A stretch of DNA of 64,000 nucleotides, from contig OX597818.1 in assembly GCA_951406725.2 (NCBI GenBank), positions 82,088,001 through 82,152,000 of the forward strand, read 5' to 3'. The notes below the pieces were generated by a model. That model was not told the origin of the DNA and ran no database searches. It was given only the letters and a program-made list of their open reading frames with translations. This document shows, one piece after another, positions 42,520 through 56,745 of the stretch (its first letter is position 1; every line of letters begins with the position of its first letter). The position numbers and the translations under genes were made by a program. Source of the stretch: Octopus vulgaris (taxonomy: Eukaryota).

Positions 42520-43595
42520 GATACCTTGTGTGTATGAGTATGTTTGTATCTGTGTCTGTGTATTTTTGTGAATGAAAGTGCGTGTATATGTATGAGTGTA
42601 TATTTGTATGTGAGAGAGATTTTGTGTCTTTTAGTTTGAATATTCTGGAGTAAAAACTCTGTGTGTGTGTGCGTGTGTTTGTATGTTAGTGAGTTAAAGT
42701 GTGTGTATGTGTATGTATGTATATATGCGTGCTGCTGTTTGTATGCATCTCTGTGTGTTTGTATATTCGTGAGTAAAAGACTGTACGCATGTATTTGTAT
42801 GTGAGGAAAATTTTGTGTATGAGTAAAAATATGTGTATGTGTGTATAAGTTTGTATGTATGAGTACAGGTGAGTGTATGTTTGTATGTGCGTCAGTAATA
42901 GAACGTGTATATGCGTGCTGTTATTTGTATACGTGTGTGCGTCTTTTATATGTATACGTTTGTGCGTTTGTATTGCTATGTGTATGTATGTGAGAAAAAT
43001 ATGAGGTACAGTATGTGTGTGTATGGTATGTATGTGTTTGTATGTGTGAATCCAAGTGTGTGTGTGTATGTGTTTGTATGTGAGTCAGTAAAATTAGGTG
43101 CGTATGCTTACTGTTTTTTATATATGTGTGTGTGTGTTTTATTTGTATGTTTGTGCGTTTTTATTTGCATGTGCGTATGTATGTGAGAAAAATAATGAGA
43201 GCAAAAATATGTGTGCGTGCGTGTGTGTGTATGTGTCTGTGTCTGTGTGTGTTAGTTGCTATGTATGAGTAAAAATGTATGTGTTTGTATTCTGATTTGA
43301 GTATACGTATGATTGTGCGAGTATGTTTATAGTTCTACGTTGTGTATACACACACATACATACATACGTTGTGTATACGCAGACACACTTAATTATAAGT
43401 GTGTCTGCGTATGTTGGTACACGTCTAAATAAGTGTTTGTATGTGTGTTTGCATGCATGCGAATATGTGCACGCATGTATGTTTGTATGTGTGTGAGTAA
43501 AACTGCTGGCATATGTATGTTTATATATATATATGTGTGTGTGAATATGTGCATGTGCCTATGTTTGTATGTATGTGTGTGTATATGTGAGAACG
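42520..43595. repeat. Degenerate (TG/TATG) low-complexity tract with a recurring gagtaaaa motif
   Basis: Direct reading. Confidence 0.8.
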
Positions 43596-44080
43596 TATTT
43601 AATTTGTTTCTTTTTCTCAGAATCCATCAATTTTTTTCAATAATATTTCGCCACCGATTTTCTGATACCATTTTTCTTGTTTTGACATTAACTGTTTAAA
43701 TATCTTCACACTTCATATTGTGTTGCTTTTTTGTTTTCTTGTTTGTGCATTTTCACGACGTATTTAAAAAAAAAATTAAATACCGTTTTAGTTGGCCAAT
43801 TCATTGATTCCGTTCAACATGTCACAAAAACCAAATTTTTTTTTATGAGAAATAGGAACTTGTGGCCTTAATTATTTCCCGTTAGACGGTATTAGTTGAC
43901 GTCAGTTGATTTAAATGCTTTCAACGGTGAATTGAAAGAATAATTCGTTTCCACCCCACCCACACACACACACATGAAAACATTCATACACAGGCAAACA
44001 CACATACACACGTGCACACAAGTTAATATTTTAGTGAATTAATTTCAAAATTACTTTACTAACGATTGTATTGTGGCGAT

Positions 44081-44158
<78 letters not shown>

Positions 44159-44197
44159 CATGTATGCATGTATGTATGTATATATATATATATTTAT

Positions 44198-44246
<49 letters not shown>

Positions 44247-44249
<3 letters not shown>

Positions 44250-45415
44250 GGTGGGGAAGCACAACTTGTAAAATAATAAATAATTCACCAAATTGCTTAT
44301 TTTATAACAACCAGCTGTCTGTTTATAGGGGTATAAAGAGGCAGCTTATCCAATATGTCCTCCTTGATTGTCCACCACAGCCTTCACACGCCACCTGATG
44401 ATGTCACAACTCTTCATGAGGAAGTAATCAGACATTTTGTCACACCATTCCCTCGGGTCAACATTGGATGCGAATTTCTCTTGATAGGGTGCTTCAGTTT
44501 GCCCCGTATGGCATGGTCCAGGGGGTTCAAGTCTGGGCTAGAAGAAGGCCAGAAATCGGCAGACAAAAAGTCGGTGAGGTTATCTTTGGAGAATTTCTGC
44601 ACATTCTTCGCGGTGTGAGCAGTAGCGCCATATTAGGTGCACACATAATTACCATTGGAATAGTTAGACTCCAGCCAATTTAAAACCTTATGCAGCAGGA
44701 CTTTACATTAAACTTCAGTCCTCACCTTTTCCCCAGACTTGAGAAAATAGAGAGGCATCTTTTTCCCGTTAGACGCCATGAACATGAGCACCATGACTTG
44801 AGATGGGTGTTTGGTCCTGAAAACACCTTTTACTTCAGAAGGTGACTTAGTAATGTATCAATCATTGCGACGGTTTAAAACAACATAAACGGTAAAAGCT
44901 TTTTCATCTGAAAAAATTTTTGAGGTTTGTCCATTGTGCTTCAGGTATCACAACAGTTAGTGACCTTTTCATTCCTTTTGGCTTTCATTGCATGGGTAGA
45001 TAGGTATCTCGGGGTTCTCACATATGACCCCAACAGTAAATCAGTGTGTACCGCATTTCTGGTGGCTTCTCGATAAAACTTCATGTCCCTGGACAGTTTT
45101 TTTCTCGTGTATGTTGTTTTGTCTTCCGAAATTTTGGCTTTGAGAGATTTGGCTTTGAGAGATTATCCCGTTTTTTATTTATGCCTCCACTTCCTTGCTT
45201 TCTCTTGAGGCCTCCCATATTCAGCATTCAGTTGTTAACGTTCCAGACAGTGCGCACAAAGGCCTCACAAGTCTCAGCAATAAGTCTAATTGCAACCCTT
45301 GCACGAAATAAACCTGCAATGCATTGTTTCTTGGCTTCTCGAGTAGACATGCAAGATCGCATGGCTGTACGTTCTGCTTACATTACCTCTATATACCTCC
45401 GCCCTGAAATAGAAC
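44247..45415 (-). mobile_element. maT-like (DD37D) Tc1/mariner transposon remnant
   Basis: MSTREAKKQCIAGLF...; KIFSDEKAFTV; TKHPSQVMV; *YGATAHTAKNVQKFSKDNLTDFLSADFWPSSSPDLNPLD, with 37 residues between the mutated second Asp and the third Asp. Confidence 0.82.
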
Positions 45416-45428
45416 ACAATATATATAT

Positions 45429-45509
<81 letters not shown>

Positions 45510-45523
45510 ATACATATATGTGC

Positions 45524-45558
<35 letters not shown>

Positions 45559-45762
45559 GACGCCATATGTAAACAAACATAAGTTTGTTTTTGAAGCGTT
45601 GAAATCTATTGTAGAACAAGTAGAAAGATATATATATACATACATACATATGTATATATCTACATAGGTCCATATCTATCTATCTATCTATCTAGCTATC
45701 CATCTAAGTATGTATGTATGTATGTATGTATGTATGTATGTATGTATCTATCTATCTATCTA

Positions 45763-45850
<88 letters not shown>

Positions 45851-45860
45851 ATATATAATA

Positions 45861-46460
45861 TACGGGGTTCCCGGACTAGTCCTGTAGCGCATCAACTGGT
45901 GGCCGTACACGGTCGCAGGCGCATTGAGAGCTAGCAGTGACCTTCATGAGCAAGTGCGCCGAGTGTCATTACTTTACTTAATTCGCAAGTTGTTAAATTA
46001 GGCAACGAGAATCCATCCCGCGGGGCCAGACTGTCAATTGAGATTTCCATAATGACATTTTGAAGCGACTGGATTTGTGGAGTGTTAAGAATTGGATGCT
46101 TCACCGAGCCCTCCCAACTCGTACGTTACTCGCCAAAAACAGCACAGTGTCACTGCTGCACCTTTCCTATTCGCCAGAGTTAGTTCCTGCGAACTTCCAT
46201 CTCTTCCCCAAAAGAAAGATGCTGCTCAAATTTCGTCGTTTAAACACCGTTGTCAAGATCCAGAGCGAATCGCAGAAGGTTGTCAACTTGTTTACGGACA
46301 ATGACTTCCAGGTCGGATTCAAAAAGGAGCAGGGACGTTAGGACCGGTGAATTGCTGCGCAAGGTAACTATTTCGAAGGATTTGATGTTAAAACTTAGGT
46401 AAATAAGCTATCTTTTTATTAAATATGACTAGTCCAGGAATCTCTTGATACCACCACGTA
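45861..46460 (+). mobile_element. Internally deleted mariner element
   Basis: WMLH...LAKNSTVSLLHLSYSPELVPANFHLFPK.KMLLK.RR matches YSPDLAP.DF.LFPK; ends tacgggg..ttcccggactagtc / gactagtccaggaa...ccacgta. Confidence 0.85.
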
Positions 46461-46505
46461 TATTTACATGGATGCATATACACATACATGCGTGTCTCTC
46501 TCTGT

Positions 46506-46560
<55 letters not shown>

Positions 46561-47169
46561 GAGAGAGAGAGAGATTCACAGGTACAAATGTGGGAAAAAT
46601 TGACTGAGATGTGCAAAAACAAATGTACATATATACATATAAGCATAGATACATCCACATGCACATATATACATACAAACAGAGACATGGATAAGTACGC
46701 ATATGCATGCATATATATATGTATATATATATATATGTGTGTGTGTCTGTGTGTGTGTGTCTGTGTGTGTGTGTCTGTGTGTGTGTGTGTCTGTGTGTAT
46801 GTGTGTATACAGACACACACATATATATGTTTTAGGTATATACATGTACACATATATATATTCATATATGCACAAAGTTGTACATTTATACATCCAATAT
46901 ATAAATTCTTCTACATAAAAGAGATACAGTCAGACAAAACCCAAAAGGAATGAAAGAAATGTGAGCATCAGTGGTATTTGAACTCAGAATGTATAGATAG
47001 ACAGGCGAAATGCTAGTCTATCTATAATGTCAACTCACCGCCTGAAGGAATATACAATAGTAAAAAGTGAACACAAAGAAAACAGAAATAATTTCCAAGA
47101 AAACAGATTTGGTAATATTAGCGTTCATAAAAGAAACCAAAAGTCTCTACTCTTGTAGTATTCAGCATT

Positions 47170-47258
47170 TATTACCTACGCCTTAGCAAAGGTGGAGATA
47201 TTGTTTTCAGTCGTGTTTGTTTGTTTATTTGTCCGCGGACAAGATATCTCAAAGACTG
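47170..47258 (+). mobile_element. Helentron/HINE-like non-autonomous element, one end only
   Basis: ttattacctacgcc-ttagcaa-aggtggag hairpin, gttttcagtcgtgtttgtttgttt, caagatatctcaaa. Confidence 0.5.
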
Positions 47259-48076
47259 ACGACAACACATTATACACGTATATAGAATGAATTGTTGCCG
47301 TTGATTTTGGTATTTTTTCTATTTTAATTCCAAGGAGTAAACTATTACTTTTGCTGTTACTACCAACGCTACCAACGTAGGATAGTTTCCAAATAGATAT
47401 CGAATCTAAATTAATCTTTTACCTCGTAAAAGAGTTTCTAATTTAGGCACAATACCGTTAATTTTGTGGGAGGGGGCTAAACATTTACGTCAGGCAAAAT
47501 ATGTGAGTGATATTTTATTTTACGTCCTCAAGGAATAATTCAACCTCTGTGAGAATTGAACTTATTGTGAAAGAGCCGGAAGAAATGATTTTATATGGCC
47601 CACTCCCATATTTGTTCGTGAAATGTTATCATCATCGATGTTTTGCGATTTACAGTTAAATATTTGTAAAAAAATAATGGAAGTGAATTCCACATTCAGA
47701 ATTGCAAAAGAGAGAAAATCCCATCGTTTGTCTACTCCTTTATCTTTTATGTTATGGTCATTCTTCCCTAATATCTGCCAGTGCTACTTTAATTTAAACG
47801 CTGCCCTTAAACAACTAAATAAATAAATAAAAATGTATGCCATACTTTATGATTTTGATTCGGCAGCGAACCATAGACTTCGTCAACATTGAGAGTATCT
47901 TGATCAAATCGGTTTGGAAGATCACAAATCCACAGTCTAGGTTACTCTGGCATCAAAGTTTGAGCACAGCACTGCCAGGTAATAGTTTATTCGTGAAACG
48001 TACATTGTGCCCCAAAGTGGTAATATTTACTGTCATGTGGGAATTGCATTTACCTCAAGTTAATTCATTTTGTAAA

Positions 48077-48200
48077 GACGGCGAGCTGGCAGAATCGTTA
48101 GCTGACAAATGGGTCAAACTGATTCACCGTTTTCCTTCTAGCTCTTTCCATTCTGATTTTAAATCTTCTTTGGTTTCTATTACTTCGGGATCGATAAATT
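48077..48200 (+). mobile_element. SINE family A, degraded
   Basis: gacggcgagctggcagaatcgttagc head. Confidence 0.75.
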
Positions 48201-49086
48201 AACCCTTAAACGGCCTCAAAGAATTGCATGATAGTCTGTGCCAAACAGGTAAAACACAAAAGCTGTTTGTTACGAAATATTTTTACACTGACTTTAATTT
48301 TAAATAAATGCAAGAACTATGATAATTATTAGTCTTTCGCACAATAAAATTTACAATCTTATTTTTGTAAATGCCGTACTGTATTCAAATTTTTTTAGAT
48401 GAGAGTATCTATCTAAAAACAAATGAAGTATCAATTGATGATGTTCATCATTTAAGGTTTAAAGTACGTGTCAGTTACTGGGGTGAATGTAATCGACTCC
48501 TCCTTCTTTCGCGATTGATGGCGTTGAACCCTACAATGGGCCGGCGTCCTGGTCTTTTATAGGCCATAGAAACTGTGTAACCTATGAGTCCTAGGACTGA
48601 AGAAACATTAAAACAATGAGTTGGCAACAAAAGGATGAGTTTCTACCATCGTAATAATGCTAATACACTGTCAACTACTTTTCCTGTACTCAATTCAATA
48701 AGGTATTCTTTAATAATGTAAGTAATGAATATTACTATAAAATAGGAGACAGTAAGATGGATGTCGGTGAATATTTAGAGAACATGCCCTCCTCACATGC
48801 CGTAAGGTTAAACGATTTCAACGGCCTGCTTTTCCTTTACTCTGTTGCTTTGAGATATTTACATGTCAGCATATACAAAGACGTACATTCAGTTTTATTT
48901 TCTCCTTAAATATATAGATTTTAGTCTCATTCCAATAAGAAAAATCTGGCAGATGAAAACTTGCCAGGTACCTCACTGCGACCAGTCCTTCATGCTTGGA
49001 GATATAGCAGCTAAAACTTTCTCAAGTAAGGATAAAAAATGAAATGAAAATTTCTTAAATATAATGAGTAATTGAAGGACCTAAAT

Positions 49087-49452
49087 CAGGGATTCTCAAA
49101 CATTTTTTTTTATCTATGGACCACTTTGATTACTATTTTATTCTGGTGGATCTATCCCATAGCTATTCAATGTTTAAAAACTGGTTTTCTAGAAACTTCT
49201 TTCAAAATTCCTATTTTGCTTTTTTTTTTTTTTTCAAACATTAACGCATGTAGATTGTACTATGTAAAATGTTACAGAAAGACACCTGTTTATTGCAATA
49301 CATACCAATACACACATCTAAAGTAAATTTTTGCAGAGGCACTTAAAATAATTTTATGGATCCCCAATTCACTATTTTTTACGGGACTCCTCACACCCGA
49401 AAATCTTATATGGGCCCTCAGGGCCCATGTAAACTCAAGTTGAGAACTACTG
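49087..49452. mobile_element. hAT (Charlie-like) non-autonomous element
   Basis: TIRs cagggattctcaa / ttgagaactactg; 8-bp flanks acctaaat / ttctaaat (6/8 TSD match). Confidence 0.78.
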
Positions 49453-50495
49453 TTCTAAATAATCACTGGAATTGCTTAAACACTCCTATCCTCTTCATCT
49501 CATAAGTAGCTGTCTGAGAAAACGAAAGGGGAGAGGAAGAGAAAGAAAGAAAGAAAGAGAGAGATAGATAGGTAGAGAGAGAGAGAGTGTTTATTAGAGA
49601 GAGACTGAAACAAAGGGAGGAGAGTGAGAGAATGACTTTAGATAGTGCCGTCATGATATGCAGTGCCCAAAAGATAGATGATATGGTCACAGGAAGAACG
49701 TTTTCTGATCTTAGGGCTGCTCAGACATTTCCGTCCTTGGGTTAAATAGTAACAACAATAACCACTGCAACAACAGCGGCAACAACAACATCAATAGAAA
49801 ATGGTCATAGTTGAGATGTCTTTCATCACATGTCTGCACGATCAGAGGTGACATGGGGTTAAGCAACAACATCACCTCCACTTCTACCACTACTGCTACT
49901 ACTACATCACCAACAACAGCATCAACAATCGGTGGTCTTGTGACTAATGAAGTAAAGAAATTAAGACTGCCATAAATAATTGTTCGGTACCGAAAATGAA
50001 AACGAAAAGTTGGTGAAAGAAGAGAGAACGTGAGAGTTAAAGCGCGAAAATAACGTTTTTTGACAGAAGGATGTAAGTGACAGCTTAATTCTAGTAAATA
50101 GAAAACTGTTCTCTCCGTTTCACTTTTAGTGAAGGTGGATTAATTGAAATAAAGAGAAAAAAACATATAAAACCATAAGAAAGGAATAAGCAGTAACTAT
50201 AGCCGGAATGTAGTTAAAATGATTAATGACTGAATAATATTTCAAAGAAGGTAATTAAAGTGTCAATTTCAAATTTTTCATTCAGATTAAAAAAAAAAAA
50301 TATTAATTTTTTTTTTCATCTGACAAAAATAAATTGATTTCTACGTTGGGCATATATTATCATATTTAAGTCAAATAGTTTAGTAGATAAAGTGTGGAGG
50401 TATGGCAGTCAGTTTATAATTCACAGTGGGGTACTAGGATCAAATACATAGAAAGCGTTTCTTTCCTTTTCAGGAATGTACATTTAACAATATAC

Positions 50496-50553
<58 letters not shown>

Positions 50554-50568
50554 ATATATATATATATA

Positions 50569-50612
<44 letters not shown>

Positions 50613-50624
50613 TATGTTAAATAA

Positions 50625-50760
50625 AATGAGACAACAAAGTTAAGGCTGTGCGAAATTTTCAGGACATTTATAAAAAGAAAGTTAGTCTTACAGCTGTTCC
50701 TGTAATATTAAGGATTTCACTTCATCACGGACGATGTAAGATAGTTAGATAGGGAGAAAT
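50625..50760 (-). mobile_element. Penelope-type terminal repeat with a degenerate hammerhead
   Basis: Minus strand gtgatga-agtgaaatccttaatattaca-ggaa-cagctg-ta-aga: CTGATGA/GAAA each with one change, palindromic acagctgt stem III. Confidence 0.45.
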
Positions 50761-50821
50761 AGTTAATTTGGTCTTCTGGATATCAATACCTCTCATACCT
50801 TATATATATATATATATATAA

Positions 50822-50859
<38 letters not shown>

Positions 50860-50892
50860 ATACACACACGCATATTATTGATAAATACCATA

Positions 50893-51600
50893 CGGCGAAG
50901 AGCTGGTAAAATTGTTGGGACTCCGGACAAAATATTTGGCGAATTTTAATCCGGCTTTACGTTTTTGTTCAACATTTGCCGATCTCTATTTGTCTTTCAT
51001 CCTTTCGGGGTCAATAAGATAATACCAACAGATCACTGGAGTCGATGTAATCGACTTGACCCCTCCCTTCTAAGTTAAGGCACTTATGCTAAAATTAGTA
51101 TGTTTTATTGTTAACCCTACGAAATGCATACAAAATAAACTGACCTACAGCTTTCTGCCCGGAATATTAAAACTTTTTCACCTTTTCCCAAGCTGCAAAT
51201 TTCATTTTGGTGGGTTTGCAATTCCGTTTGAGTTAAGTGATGTTTAACTTAGCAAACGTCCTCTGTATTGTTGCTCTTAACTGCCTGTGTCATCTTCTAC
51301 TTGGTCAAATTGATACCACGCCGAATGCAGAACATGTACAAGCTATAGCACCGACCGTGATTACCAATATTTCGGCGAATATTTAAGGCAGCAAGCTGGC
51401 AGAAACATTAGCGCACTGGGCAAAATGATTAGTGACATTTCATCCGTCTTTATGTTCTGAGTCCAAATTCTGTCGTGGTCGACCTTGCCTTTCATTCTTT
51501 CGGATTCGTTAAAATAAGTACTATGTGATTACTGTGGTCGGTGTAAGCGACTTAACCGTTCCCCCGAACTTGCTGGCCGTGTGCCAAAATTTATAACCAA
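50893..51600 (+). mobile_element. Two family-A SINE copies (50893-51100, 51387-51600)
   Basis: Heads ggcgaagagctgg / ggcagcaagctggcagaaac; bodies tttcatcctttcggggtc / tttcattctttcgg. Confidence 0.82.
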
Positions 51601-51639
51601 TATTTTGTTAATAATTTTAGCCAATTTCTCTGAATTTGT

Positions 51640-52180
51640 ATTGAAGACACTTATGGATGTGAAGTTGTTTGTTATTTCCGTGTTTTGTATCTTTATCAAC
51701 AGTTTTTCCACTTCACGGTTAAAGTGTGTTGGAAAAATCCTACTGTGTTACAAATTGTAATTGGCAGTTTTCAATGAAGAATGCGGGCATATAACAATAA
51801 AATTGTTGGCAGTTCCGCAGATTTGCTCGTTTCACGTTCACTGCTCCCTCATCAGCGTGAGGTGATTGTAACAAACTCAGAAGATCCATCACCCACATAG
51901 TCCATCACAATCTTCCCAGATTTGCGACAGACTATCTAAATAGGCATCGAAGAATTATGTCTCCAGTACTTCTCTCTTAGCAAACATTAATGGAGACCAC
52001 CAGTGAAAACCACATACATCTGCTCGAAATCAGGCAGTTCGAATTTGCTCTGGTCTACTTGTAAAGTTATTCCCATACAGTTCCACCGTGCCCACACCCA
52101 TCTAAGAATGTTGCGTTCCTCGGGTTTCTCAACGGGGAGACAAGAGGAGCTTCGTCAACTAATCCTATAAAAAAGACAAC
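51640..52180 (-). mobile_element. Possible RTE-like LINE 5' region / AP endonuclease remnant
   Basis: Weak decayed motifs (TILLLYAR, EVEKLLIKIQ) in the expected order. Confidence 0.3.
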
Positions 52181-52529
52181 AAAAAGCATGAGTCATTCTT
52201 GCATCTATTATGACATAACCATTGCCTTTTATGTTTGTTTTTCTAATCAGTTAACATGTTTCTATTTTACTCATCTCTATTGCCACATCTTTGGTGAAGG
52301 GGTTTCATTCTGAGGTAATCTTACTTTTTAGTGACAACCATAAACTACATTTGACAACCGAACCCCTCCATTCTCATTTGATTAATTTAAAAATCCAGGT
52401 TCGGACATCTTTAACTGCTAAGAAACGTAAAAATGTCAAAAACAAGGACAACAATGCATTCTATATACGTGCATAAAGTGTTGTTATCAGTTCTGTAGCG
52501 TTTTACTTTTTATTGCAATCTACGAAATA

Positions 52530-52965
52530 CGGCGAGGTGGCAGAATCATTGGCATACCTGACAAAATGCATAGCGGTATTTCATCTGTCTTTATGGTTTG
52601 AGTTCAAATTCCGCCTAGGTCGATTTTACTTTTCATCCTTTCGGGGTCGATACCATAAGTAGAAGCAAATTACTATGATTGATATATTCGATTAGTCCCC
52701 TCATCACAAATTTCAGGCTTTGTTCCTATATTAGAGAAAATTATTTAAAGCAGTGAGCCAGCAAAATGGTTAGCACGCCAGGCAAAATTCATAACGGCAT
52801 TATGCCCGTCTTTAAGTTCTTAGTTCAAATTCTGCCGAGGTCACCTCTGCTTATTACCATTTCGGGGTGGATGAAATAAGTTTTTGTTGAGTACAGAGGT
52901 CAAAGAACTCAACTAGCCCCGTTCTTCCTCGCCTCAATTTCAAGCATGTTGTCTATAATAGAAAG
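52530..52965 (+). mobile_element. Tandem pair of family-A SINEs
   Basis: Heads at ~52530 and ~52748, each with agttcaaattc.gcc.aggtc and ttcgggg. Confidence 0.82.
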
Positions 52966-53916
52966 AATGGTAACCTGCCGAGTTTATGGCTGTCGCTGAT
53001 GTATTAAATTCAGTACCATAGATAAAATATTATATGCATAGAATATGAATATGAATGAGCGGGAAAATTCCAACCCCGACACAATTACAAATATATTTCC
53101 CATTTACACACAAATGCAACAAGAATATACAGCACGTATCTTTGGCAGTAATCTGTGTAACTAAATCTATCAAGTGATGAAATTGTGTAATGCACTTTTC
53201 AGGAAAATATATCGCACAAAAAGTGATATCAACAGTATGTAGTTGTTTGTTTGGTGTCTTAAAAAGATTAATTTACGTCTTTATTAAAGATCTCCTTATT
53301 TAAAAAAAAACACTCAGGTGTTTGCCACACATAAATATTTTAAGATCTCATTACAAGGTAATGTGCAAAAAGAAAAAGAAAAGCCAAAATAAAACACCGA
53401 TTAATTAATATCTTCGTCATATTTCGGAAAATATAAATCTTGGAATAACTTTCACTGACTCTAAAAGTAAATGGGAGAGGATTATATGAAAATAATAATT
53501 AATTACACTGAATTCGTTCACATATATAAAGAGAAATATGATATGTTGTTCACAGGTAAGAGGAGAAATAGGGAAATGCCACTGATAATATTGATTGTCA
53601 ACACCACAGAGGTGTGTACTGAATCTTGCTTTGGCAAATCGACAAAGGTTTTCACATAGAGAACAATATTCACCAAACCAATGAGCAGAAATCTTATTAA
53701 CAAAAATTATTTCCTTCAGAATGAACTCAAATAGGCAAAACATCTGAATTTAGACAAATGCAAAGGCCAAGGTGTGATCTATCGAATGTTGTACGTAAAA
53801 CATTTTTTGATTAATTTAGATTTCCGAGTTGAACAAAAAACAATAAAATCATTTTATACTCACTAACTCTTATGTTTTGTTACCTTTCGCCAACGAAGTA
53901 CGAAGCCTGAATTATA

Positions 53917-54225
53917 TGGCACTCCGTCGGTTACAATGACGAGCGTTCCAGTTGATCCGATTAACGGAACAGCTTACTCTTGAAATTAACGATCAAGTTG
54001 CTGAGAACTCCATAAATATATTTACCCATAACGTAGTTCTCGGGGAGATTTAGCGTGATATAGAATGTTGCAAGACTAGCCCTTTGGATTATAAGTACTA
54101 CTCATTTTTTGCAAGCAGACTGGAGCAAAGTGAAATTGAGTGTATTGCTCAAAGACACAACGCGCCGCTGTCAATCGAACTAACGGCCTTGCGATGGTGA
54201 GCCAATCATTAAGCCATGCGCCTTC
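53917..54225 (-). mobile_element. SINE family C
   Basis: tggcactccgtcggttac...gttccagttgatccgattaacggaacag...actactcatttttt...ttgctcaaagacacaacgcg; homologous to 7548-7860. Confidence 0.85.
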
Positions 54226-54672
54226 ACAGGAAGTTTGAAATACATGCGAATTATTTGCATACATCATTGTTTGCATATATCTTGACTCATATATTTAAAC
54301 AAGGGTAATGCTTGGAATTTCCATAGGATTCATTTTAAAGAAGTATAACCACATTTAATCATCTTCAATAATGCTCTTCCTTCCAGACAGACAATTCCTG
54401 TGGGATAAAAAGCCCATCAACTAAACAAACCGACAAATCTATTTCTTCATTTGTACTTACCTTTTAAATTTATATACACAGAGAAACATAACTATTGAAA
54501 ATAAAATATTCAATAATTTTCCCAGAAATTATATATAGATAATTCCATGCATGTTTTTTTCGTTCGCTGATCATGTGTATTATAACTTCCTTGATTGTCA
54601 GCAATATTTTATATTCTCAACTTAAATATTTCAATAAATTGAAATAAAATAGTTCCTTTCTTATAAATGTAA

Positions 54673-54895
54673 GTGGAGTCGCGTGGCTTAGTGGACAGAT
54701 GTGTTGAAATCATGATCCTTAGATTGTGGTCCGAATTCCTGGACTGTGCGACGCGTTGCGCAAAAAAACTTTTATGTTTGTCCAGTCCACTCGAATGAGT
54801 AATCTTGCGACAGACTGTCGTCCCGTCGAAGTGGTGAATATATACGCCATGAAAACCGGAAAACTCGCCCAATAATTCTCTAAGACTCGGGAAGG
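54673..54895 (+). mobile_element. SINE family E (Meta/V-domain-like body)
   Basis: gcgtggcttagtgg head; ccagtccactc..atgagta; gcgacagactgtcgtcccgtc...gaaaaccggaaaactcgccc. Confidence 0.6.
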
Positions 54896-55532
54896 ATATT
54901 TATCCTAACATTTTTTCATAATGTAAAAATTTTGGGAAGTTAAAATTTCTGGTGCGTGTCAGGAAATATAGGTACGAAGAAGGTACAAATTTCATTACTG
55001 TCTAGACTTCTTTCACTTGACCCGGCAAGCTAACACACTCGTTGGAGCGTCGAACAAATTGTGTCATATATTCCACTTATTTAAGTTCCAAGTTCATATC
55101 GCGCCGAGGTCAATATATACATCCACTTCAAGCAAAATCTTTCATCCTTCAAATAAATTTCTAATGTGACATCAAAAACTCAAGATAGTACTATTGTATT
55201 TATAAGATTCATTTTAGGATCGCACTTTAGTTACTTCCCTTAGCTGATATTATTTTTAAAATATTCATCGATAGTGTACATATTTTAATCAGTGACATTC
55301 ATGTGTCACTTTTCAAACTCAATTTTAAAATTACATATTTAAATCTGGGCCTAACACGCATAAGCGGAAGTCCGCCATGTCATAGGCAATTTATTAGCTG
55401 CTAAAACAATTGCCCCTGTTCAATGTTCATTAAATAAATATAATAGCCTGCATATATCTATATTTTTTCATAGAAGCTGAGCACTCTCGGTATATATATC
55501 ATACATATTCTCTCTCTCTCTCTCTCTCTCAA

Positions 55533-55584
<52 letters not shown>

Positions 55585-55844
55585 ATCTGTCTGTCTGTCT
55601 ATCTATATACCTATCTCTCTGCCTGTCTATCTATCTATCTATCTATCTATCTGTCTATCTATCTATCTGTCTATCTATCAATCTGTCTATCTATCTATAT
55701 GTAATTTGTATATATTATACACAAGATATATATATATATATTTATTATATATTTATTATATACATTATATACATATATATGGGTGTGTGTTCATGTATGT
55801 ATATTATATGTATTTTCGATATATTGCATATATATATACTATAT

Positions 55845-56247
55845 CTCTTTTACTCTTTACTCTTTTACTCTTTTACTTGTTTCAGTCATTTGACTGCGGC
55901 CATGCTGGAGCACCGCCTTTAATCGAGCAATTCGATCCCGGGACTTATTCTTTTGTAAGCCCAGTACTTATTCTATCGGTCTCTTTTGCCGAACCGCTAA
56001 GTAACGGGGACATAAACACTCCAGCATCGGTTGTCAAGCAATGCTAGGGGGACAAACACAGACACACATACACTCATATATATATACATATATACGACGG
56101 GCTTCTTTCAGTTTCCGTCTACCAAAGCCACTCACAGGGCTTTGGTCGGCCCGAGGCTATAGTAGAAGACAAGGTGCCACGCAGTGGAACTGAACCCGGA
56201 ACCATGTGGTTGGTAAACAAGCTACTTACCACACAGCCACTCCTGCG

Positions 56248-56249
<2 letters not shown>
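55845..56249 (-). mobile_element. SINE family B, full length
   Basis: Minus head ggcgcaggagtggctgtgtggtaag, ccgggttcagttcc; tail (aaagagta)n. Confidence 0.95.
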
Positions 56250-56284
<35 letters not shown>

Positions 56285-56290
56285 TGCATA

Positions 56291-56415
56291 TCTCTCTATA
56301 TATAAACGGCAGTTTGTCTGTGCGTGTTTCTGTGTGTCTGTTTGCTTTACCCTCACCCTGACCACGGCTTTCAACCGATTTTGATGAAACTTGACACAGA
56401 CATAGCCCAATGTCA

Positions 56416-56450
<35 letters not shown>

Positions 56451-56540
56451 CAAAAAAAAATATATTTTTTCCATTTTTTTTGCTATATACTCTCTAAAAA
56501 TGCTTTATAGTTATTTCCCTTATAAATGCGATACTGCTAT
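56291..56540 (+). mobile_element. Short non-autonomous Helitron-like element
   Basis: A|TCTCTCTATATATAAA 5' end, gtttgtctgt...caaccgattttgatgaaacttg; 3' ctctaaaaatgctttatagttatttcccttataaa..gcgatactgCTA shared with 33719-33782; hairpin deleted. Confidence 0.75.
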
Positions 56541-56574
56541 ATATACATATAAATAATGTATTTTATATATATAT

Positions 56575-56745
56575 AATTTTATTTTCTCTCCTTGTTTCTC
56601 CCCTTGTTTCTTTTTGTGTTTCTTTCTGTGAAAGAGCGTACGCTCGAGACGTTAAAGACTTTTTCATTTCCCGAGCGTTGTACTAATACATTTGTTTGTT
56701 TTCTACACCACCTGACTTCGTCATTTGTTTTTTTCGTGAATTCTT

